A stretch of 64,000 bases of DNA, taken from assembly GCA_947479475.1 (NCBI GenBank), contig CANJZW010000001.1, positions 15,313 through 79,312 on the forward strand. The letters run 5' to 3'. Shown in pieces: positions 55,201 through 61,239 of the stretch; position 1 is the stretch's first letter; every line of letters begins with the position of its first letter. The translations under genes and the position numbers were made by a program. This DNA comes from Chthoniobacteraceae bacterium. GTDB lineage: Bacteria > Verrucomicrobiota > Verrucomicrobiia > Chthoniobacterales > Chthoniobacteraceae. The notes under the pieces were generated by a model. The model searched no databases. It saw only the letters and a program-made list of their open reading frames with translations, and was not told the origin of the DNA.

Positions 55201-55339
55201 ATTCGTCTGGGCCATGGCAGCTAAGGCAATTGTCAGAAAGAATGGGAAGGACATCCCGCCCGAATTGCACAGGCTCGGCTGCGCCTGATGGAAGGGCGTT
55301 AGCGAAAAGCAGCGCGATGAAAAAAGCCCACGGTTTCAT
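52265..55339 (-). CDS. PSCyt1 / DUF1549 / DUF1553 family protein (divergent third copy)
   Basis: The ORF is open to 55501, but the ATG at 55339 gives the signal peptide [21 protein letters not shown]. CLSCH at 55214..55228 and [11 protein letters not shown] at 54359..54373. DUF1549 block [12 protein letters not shown]...[20 protein letters not shown]1553 block [29 protein letters not shown]. Confidence 0.85.
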   Translation of the reverse strand: [1024 protein letters not shown]

Positions 55340-55395
55340 GTTTTCGACTATGACCGATATTTTGGTTTGGGGAATGGAGTGGACTTCTCTTACCG

Positions 55396-56277
55396 TTGTA
55401 TTATCCAAACATAACCGTGGCTGAGCCCAAGACCCGTTTTCTTCTCTCCCTTTTTGCCACTCCCCACAGTCGGCATCAGGAGGTTTTTTATACCGTGCCA
55501 CGTGCAGGGCACCTAGTGGGAGAGGCGGATCATCATGTAAAACGCAATCATTTTCCAGGCCATGAGCTAATATACTGTATTAGTGGAGAGGGATTTGTGC
55601 GTGTTTCTGGGCGGGTGCATTCTGTGGGGAAGGGAGAGCTAGTTTGGGTGAATTGTCAGATACCCCATGAACATGGCGCGAAAGCGGCCAATCCTTGGGA
55701 GGTATATTGGGTGAGGATAGAGGGACCGATGCTCGACAAGATGTGTCGGATGCTGTCCGTAGAAGACGGACCCGTTTTTCTGGATGCGGACGCGAAAAAA
55801 ACAAAGGAATGTTACCGCGAGATTTTCGATTTGATGCAGGGCGACGCACCAGAGGCGCCGGCACTTATTCATGCGGCAGTCGCGCGGTTGGTGGCTTTAG
55901 TGTTCTGTGCGCGGCTAAGAAGTGCAGAGACGGTGGAGAGCATCCCTCTTACTCTGCGGCGGCCCGTTGAATGGATGCGTTTGTTCTATTTTGAAAACGT
56001 GCGTGTATCCTCGCTTGCTGCAATGGCAGGTGTCAGCTCAGGGCATTTCACGCGGCTCTTCAAATCCACCTTCGGCACAAGTCCAATAGACTGGCTTCGC
56101 CGTGAGAGGATCAGCCAGGCCAAACGCCGCCTTGTGGGGAGCCAGAGCTCGATCAAAGAGATCGCAGAACAGGTTGGGTATGCAGACCGTTTCTTTTTCA
56201 GCAAGGACTTCAAACGACACACGGGTCTAAGTCCCAGTGAGTTTAGAGAACGAGAGTCTTCGGCATCCGTTCGCTGA
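55396..56277 (+). CDS. AraC family transcriptional regulator with an N-terminal cupin sensor domain
   Basis: Cupin: HFPGHELIYCISGEGFVRVSG. C-terminal double HTH: SSLAAMAGVSSGHFTRLFKSTFGTSPIDWLRRERISQAKRRL...IKEIAEQVGYADRFFFSKDFKRHTGLSPSEFR. The start is uncertain: TTG at 55396, or GTG at 55495 which sits 11 nt behind an AGGAGG. Confidence 0.8.
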   Translation: MYYPNITVAEPKTRFLLSLFATPHSRHQEVFYTVPRAGHLVGEADHHVKRNHFPGHELIYCISGEGFVRVSGRVHSVGKGELVWVNCQIPHEHGAKAANPWEVYWVRIEGPMLDKMCRMLSVEDGPVFLDADAKKTKECYREIFDLMQGDAPEAPALIHAAVARLVALVFCARLRSAETVESIPLTLRRPVEWMRLFYFENVRVSSLAAMAGVSSGHFTRLFKSTFGTSPIDWLRRERISQAKRRLVGSQSSIKEIAEQVGYADRFFFSKDFKRHTGLSPSEFRERESSASVR

Positions 56278-56326
56278 GAGCGTTTGAGGTTTGTCTGGCA
56301 CGACTCCGGACTGCTAAAAATAAAAG

Positions 56327-57241
56327 ATGTCCCTCTCCGTCACACTTTCTCATAGCGTCCCGCAGTTTTCACGCATTGCGTTTGGTACCTGGCGCCTCCT
56401 CGAAGACCCGGCAACAAGGGATCCCAAAGGGCTGCTTGAGCGCCTGCATGCCTGTGTGGACTCGGGAATTACAACAATCGACACCGCAGAAATATACGGC
56501 ACCTATCGGGTCGAGGAAGCTCTCGGGGCTGCGCTTGCATTGGATCCCTCCTTAAGGGAAAAGCTTCAAATCGTCAGCAAGTGCGGCATTTACGTTCCCT
56601 GCGAGTTCCACCCTGACCGCAAGACAGCTTTCTACAATGCAACGGCAGAGCGGATTGTGAAGAGCGCAGAAAAATCTCTGCGTTTTCTCGGTACCGACCA
56701 TCTCGACCTTTTACTGGTGCACAGGCCGGACTGGCTGGCTTCGATTGATGAAACAGCTGAGGGTCTCAATCGTCTTCTCAAAGCGGGCAAAATTCGCTGC
56801 GCGGGTGTTTCCAATTACAGTGTCTCTCAGTTCGACGCCCTAAATTCGCGCATGGCTCAGCCGTTGGTCACCAATCAGGTGGAATTCAGTTTATTGCAAA
56901 TGGCACCCATTTACGACGGCGTGTTCGATCATGCGCAGCAACACCGCTATCGCCCAATGGCCTGGAGTCCCTTGGCTAGGGCGCTTCTGATGGATGCAAC
57001 ACATGAACCGAGCCGGCGCGTGCATGAGGCGTGCGCGGCTCTTGCAGCAAAATATGGAGGCGCGACGATTGAACAGCTGGCATATGCCTGGATTTTAGCA
57101 CACCCGGCTGGCGCTGTGGCGGTGATCGGAACTCACAAATTGGAGCGCATTCGTTCGGCCGCAGCGGCTGCCGCAATCAAGCTTGAACGCGAGGATTGGT
57201 ACGCATTGTGGACTGCGGCTAAAGGATGCAGCGTACCCTGA
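56327..57241 (+). CDS. aldo/keto reductase family oxidoreductase
   Basis: Motifs GITTIDTAEIYG, VSKCG, LDLLLVHRPD, IRCAGVSNYS and VTNQVEFSLL. Confidence 0.9.
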   Translation: MSLSVTLSHSVPQFSRIAFGTWRLLEDPATRDPKGLLERLHACVDSGITTIDTAEIYGTYRVEEALGAALALDPSLREKLQIVSKCGIYVPCEFHPDRKTAFYNATAERIVKSAEKSLRFLGTDHLDLLLVHRPDWLASIDETAEGLNRLLKAGKIRCAGVSNYSVSQFDALNSRMAQPLVTNQVEFSLLQMAPIYDGVFDHAQQHRYRPMAWSPLARALLMDATHEPSRRVHEACAALAAKYGGATIEQLAYAWILAHPAGAVAVIGTHKLERIRSAAAAAAIKLEREDWYALWTAAKGCSVP

Positions 57242-57396
57242 AATTATCGTCTAGGTTCGATTGCCCTCTTCTTTGTAGAGGCCTGGTTTGGAAAAGAGGC
57301 TCCCGGGTTGTGGCAGACTTTGGCAACGTCGTCGGGATAAACCGCTGTTTTACGCTTTAAGCCAGCGGTTGCGCTACAGAAGCCGACAGCACTGCC

Positions 57397-57687
57397 CTAC
57401 GGTCTGGCTTTGCGGTTAAAATAGACCTGCCATAAAAACATGGCGAAAACCCAAAAGAGAATGACTACGATGACCGGCAGGCGCTTCTTTGGGCTTTCGG
57501 TTTTTGACGGTTTCGCAGGCGGATCCAGGATAAAAAACTCGGAGCCTGCAACCAAAATCGGAGCATTGGGAGCCGCCGGAACCGCTTGCGTTAAACGCCT
57601 TGCGGGTTGTTCCCCCTGCGCAATTAAGCCTGAGGTCATGGCGAAGGTCAGGCTTGTCGCAGCAAATAACGCAGGGCTCCGATTCAT
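57397..57687 (-). CDS. small exported/tail-anchored hypothetical protein, last gene of the MacB-type operon
   Basis: The ATG lies 3 nt after the MacB stop. N-terminal signal-like segment MNRSPALFAATSLTFAMTSGLIAQ. C-terminal TM helix LPVIVVILFWVFAMFLWQVYF plus a basic tail NRKARP. Two other ORFs overlap the locus in other frames or on the other strand, hence only moderate confidence. Confidence 0.5.
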   Translation of the reverse strand: MNRSPALFAATSLTFAMTSGLIAQGEQPARRLTQAVPAAPNAPILVAGSEFFILDPPAKPSKTESPKKRLPVIVVILFWVFAMFLWQVYFNRKARP

Positions 57688-57690
57688 GAT

Positions 57691-59775
57691 TTAGGTCACG
57701 TGTCTGAGGGCTTCGATGGGATTCATCATCGCAGCACGTTTGGCGGGGTAAAGGCCGAAGACAATGCCTATGGCGACTGAAATGCCGAAGGCAAGAGGAA
57801 GGGACCAAGGCACAATGATTGGTACCATAGTACGGACAACCTCGGGCAATGCATTCATAGCCGCGGGAAAAGCGCTGTTCATAATTTTCATCACCAGGCT
57901 GAATACGGGAGAGCAGGCCAGGCCGCCAATGGCGCCGGTGATTCCGCCGCCGACGGAAAGCACGACGGTTTCGACTAAAAACTGGCGAGTGATGTCTCGG
58001 CGTCTCGCACCGATAGCGCGTCTGATTCCGATTTCACGGGTGCGCTCAGTGACTGTGGCCAGCATGATATTCATGATGCCTATGCCGCCGACAACCAATG
58101 AAATGGCGGCCACCAAACCCATCATGGCTATGAACATAAGCCGTGTGTTACGTGCTTGTTCGAGTAGTTCCAGGGGCACTGCGATGGTATAGTCATCGGC
58201 TTGGTGAGTGCGCATGAGAGTGCGGCGAACCACGTCAGCCGTCTCAATGACCTTTGATGAGTCGGTAAGTGAAAGGGTAACCTGCGTTGCAATGGGCACG
58301 CCGCTTTCTGTCCGGGTATAGATGTCAGAAAGGCGCGCCCACAGCGTCGAGATTGGAATGTGCACGTCTCGGGAAAACTCCTGTTTTGCGCGTGCGCCTG
58401 GGATTTCGGAAATCGCTCCTTTTTGTTTAAGGACGCCGATGACAGTGTAAAAATCGGCGTTAATGTGGACAGCGCGTCCGATGGGATCTTCGTAGCCGAG
58501 GAGGGCGATGGCAACCTCCGGGGCCAGGACGCAAACCTTGTTTCCTTGGAGGACATCTGTTGCCGTGATGAAATGGCCCCGCTCAATCTCCATTTTGTAA
58601 AGGGAGAGAAAGTCGGGAGTAGAGCCTAACAGCCGGCCATAAAATTGCCTGGGGCCGTAGCTAAAAAGGCGCTTTGGTTGTTCTCGGATGGGGATCGCTT
58701 TTTCAATGGAGGGGACGGTTATGGCGAGGTTCTCGTAGTCATCGCGAGTGATGCCGTAGGGACGCCATTTTGTTCCGGCTTGTTGCGGGGGCGAAATGGT
58801 AGTGAGAATGATGTTGTTGGCGCCCAATTCCGCGATCTGCTGCTGCGCCTTCGCACTAATGCCCTCTCCGATCGCCAGCAACCAGATGACACTGGCAACG
58901 CCGATAAAAATTCCCAGGATGGTGAGCAGGGAGCGCAAGGGATGAAGCAGCAGGTTTTTAACCCCTAGTTTGGCTGTGCGCAGGACAAGACTAAGGGCTC
59001 CCGCTGTTTGAACTGTCTCAAGAGAGGGAGCAGGCGGCAAAGAGCCCGCGATATTCTGATCCACCGGGCGCAGGCGAATGTCGGACTGGATGACTCCATC
59101 ACGCAAGCGCACGATACGCCGGGCATGGGCGGCTACTTCCTCTTCGTGGGTGACAAGGATGATGGTTTTGCCGTCGTTGTTGAGCTTTTCAAGAAGATCA
59201 AGGATTTCTGCGGAAGTGACGGTGTCGAGATTGCCGGTGGGTTCGTCAGCGAGAACAAAGCGCGGGAGATTAACGAGACCCCGCGCTATGCCGGCTCGTT
59301 GTTGCTGGCCTCCCGAGAGCTGCGGTGGGCGGTGAGTGAGCCTGTCGCCTAAGCCGACAAGGCGGGCCAATTCTTCGCATCGTTCGCGGCCCTCGGCCGT
59401 GATGGGGCCTTGATAGGACAAAGGCGACTCGATGTTCTCGAGAACGGTTAGCTGGGGAATGAGGTTGTAGGACTGAAAAACAAAACCGATACGGGAGGCT
59501 CGAATCGCAGCGAGTTGATCGTCGTCAAGTTTCGCGACGTCGTCCTCGCCAAGAAAAAACCCTCCCGATGTGGGTTTGTCGAGGCAACCGAGCAGGTTTA
59601 AAAGAGTGCTTTTACCAGAGCCCGAAGGACCCATGATTGCAATGTAATCGCCTTCGGGAACAACTAGATCGATGCCCTTGAGAACGGAAAGCGGCTCACC
59701 GGCGAGGTCGTAGTCTTTACGAAGATTGACCAGCTGGATTGCTGGAGTCATTGGCATCGGATTTTGCGCGGGCAC
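57691..59775 (-). CDS. MacB-type ABC transporter, fused ATPase and FtsX-family permease
   Basis: Walker A GPSGSGKSTLLN, signature LSGGQQQRAGIARG and Walker B FVLADEPTGNLD. After the ATPase come a TM helix, a large periplasmic domain and three TM helices ending ...YPAKRAAMMNPIEALR. There is a GTG at 59775, and the in-frame ATG at 59751 (MTPAIQLVNLRKDY) is an equally good start. Confidence 0.9.
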   Translation of the reverse strand: MPAQNPMPMTPAIQLVNLRKDYDLAGEPLSVLKGIDLVVPEGDYIAIMGPSGSGKSTLLNLLGCLDKPTSGGFFLGEDDVAKLDDDQLAAIRASRIGFVFQSYNLIPQLTVLENIESPLSYQGPITAEGRERCEELARLVGLGDRLTHRPPQLSGGQQQRAGIARGLVNLPRFVLADEPTGNLDTVTSAEILDLLEKLNNDGKTIILVTHEEEVAAHARRIVRLRDGVIQSDIRLRPVDQNIAGSLPPAPSLETVQTAGALSLVLRTAKLGVKNLLLHPLRSLLTILGIFIGVASVIWLLAIGEGISAKAQQQIAELGANNIILTTISPPQQAGTKWRPYGITRDDYENLAITVPSIEKAIPIREQPKRLFSYGPRQFYGRLLGSTPDFLSLYKMEIERGHFITATDVLQGNKVCVLAPEVAIALLGYEDPIGRAVHINADFYTVIGVLKQKGAISEIPGARAKQEFSRDVHIPISTLWARLSDIYTRTESGVPIATQVTLSLTDSSKVIETADVVRRTLMRTHQADDYTIAVPLELLEQARNTRLMFIAMMGLVAAISLVVGGIGIMNIMLATVTERTREIGIRRAIGARRRDITRQFLVETVVLSVGGGITGAIGGLACSPVFSLVMKIMNSAFPAAMNALPEVVRTMVPIIVPWSLPLAFGISVAIGIVFGLYPAKRAAMMNPIEALRHVT

Positions 59776-59778
59776 CGT

Positions 59779-61239
59779 CTACTTGATGCTGGAGTTGTCC
59801 GCCACCTTGACTGGTTTACGCGTCGAAATTTGTGCGGGCTCTTCTTTTACCGCTACATCCGGAAGGGTGATGTTGTTCTCATAACTTTGGGGTGCGAGTA
59901 TAACCTGTTCCCCAGCCTCCAGACCATCCGAGATCACAACGTATTGCTCATTGGCAGAACCGACGCGCACCTCTTTCGCCACTAGTTCGCCGCCGTCATC
60001 CACAATGCAAAAAAAACGCTTACCCCGTTCGATGACAGCCTGAACAGGGATTTGAAGCACATTCTCCTGCCGCTCCACTTCAATAGCGACCTGCGCCGTC
60101 ATTCCCGAGCGCGCCCCCGGAGGAGGTTCGTCGATAGTTACTTCAGCTCCGTATTCTTTGATCGTACTGTATGAGGTGAGAGCGGGCAGCGGGTATTCGC
60201 TGACCGACCGCACAGTTCCGGTGAGAACCATGTTTGGAAAGGCGTCCAGTCGGATCTTGCTCTGCATGCCAATACGAACCTTATCGATGCGAGATTCGTT
60301 GATTCGAGCCGTCACTTGCATGCGCTTTGGATCTGGGAGGCGGATGATGACTTGGCGCTCGCGTACCGGTTTCCCTTCCGCGATCAGGGGTTCTCCGGAG
60401 GCGAGATTAGCATAGACCACCTGACCTGAAGTGGGAGCGTTTATCACGCACTTGGAGAGTTGGTCCTCCAAGCTTGTGAGGCGCTCCTCATCAAGGTTGT
60501 GACTGTTCTCGCGGGCGCGCATGCGGGCCTCGGCCGTCTCCACATTTGCCTTCAGCCTGTTGGTCATCTTCGTTTTTGTGTAACGGTGAAGGACGCTTAA
60601 TTTTGTAGAGGCGTTCTCGAGCTCCTTCTTGGCTTTTTCCACGGCAAACCGATCTGCTTCCAACTGCACGCTGGTGACGTATCCTCGGTCCGCCAGTTTC
60701 AGACTGTAGCGTAGATATTCTTCGGCTCTGCGCATGTTCTCTTGAGCCACAAAGCGGTCTCCTTCCAAGACGCCCAAATCTTGAAGATAGGTTCCAGCTT
60801 CATACTCCTCGAGTGCCAGTTTGGCGGCTTCGTAGTCGGTGCGTCCTTCCACTTCAAGGGCGCGGCTGGAGTTGCAGGCGATTTGTTGCTGAACAACATC
60901 ACCTAGGATGCCGGAGTCATCGAGCTTTACGAGAAAGTCACCTTCTTGAACGTACGCCCCTTCCTGTACAATTTGGATGATGGGCGTTCCTATGAGCACC
61001 TTGGATTGTACCTGGCAGCGGATATCGACATTGCTTGAACTCCCCACCTCCCCCCGCTCGAGAACTTCCTGCAAAAACTGAGAATTCGCCGCTGCAATGG
61101 TGAGTGGCGCCGTGGGTAGGGTTGACTTGTAGGAGGGTGCCGCCTTTTTAGGCAGAAACGCATAAGTACCCGCACACAGGGCAAGCCCGGCGGCAATCCA
61201 CAGGGTTTTACGAAAGGGTCGTTTGGGAGTGGTGGTCAT
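59779..61239 (-). CDS. periplasmic adaptor (HlyD/MacA membrane-fusion protein family)
   Basis: N-terminal anchor LWIAAGLALCAGTYAF. Lipoyl-like VQEGDFLVKLD. A long coiled-coil hairpin runs (EEYLRYSLKLADRGYVTSVQLEADRFAVEKAKKELENA...AEARMRARENSHNLDEERLTSLEDQL), followed by beta-barrel blocks. ATGA overlap with the upstream TolC-like gene. Confidence 0.85.
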   Translation of the reverse strand: MTTTPKRPFRKTLWIAAGLALCAGTYAFLPKKAAPSYKSTLPTAPLTIAAANSQFLQEVLERGEVGSSSNVDIRCQVQSKVLIGTPIIQIVQEGAYVQEGDFLVKLDDSGILGDVVQQQIACNSSRALEVEGRTDYEAAKLALEEYEAGTYLQDLGVLEGDRFVAQENMRRAEEYLRYSLKLADRGYVTSVQLEADRFAVEKAKKELENASTKLSVLHRYTKTKMTNRLKANVETAEARMRARENSHNLDEERLTSLEDQLSKCVINAPTSGQVVYANLASGEPLIAEGKPVRERQVIIRLPDPKRMQVTARINESRIDKVRIGMQSKIRLDAFPNMVLTGTVRSVSEYPLPALTSYSTIKEYGAEVTIDEPPPGARSGMTAQVAIEVERQENVLQIPVQAVIERGKRFFCIVDDGGELVAKEVRVGSANEQYVVISDGLEAGEQVILAPQSYENNITLPDVAVKEEPAQISTRKPVKVADNSSIK

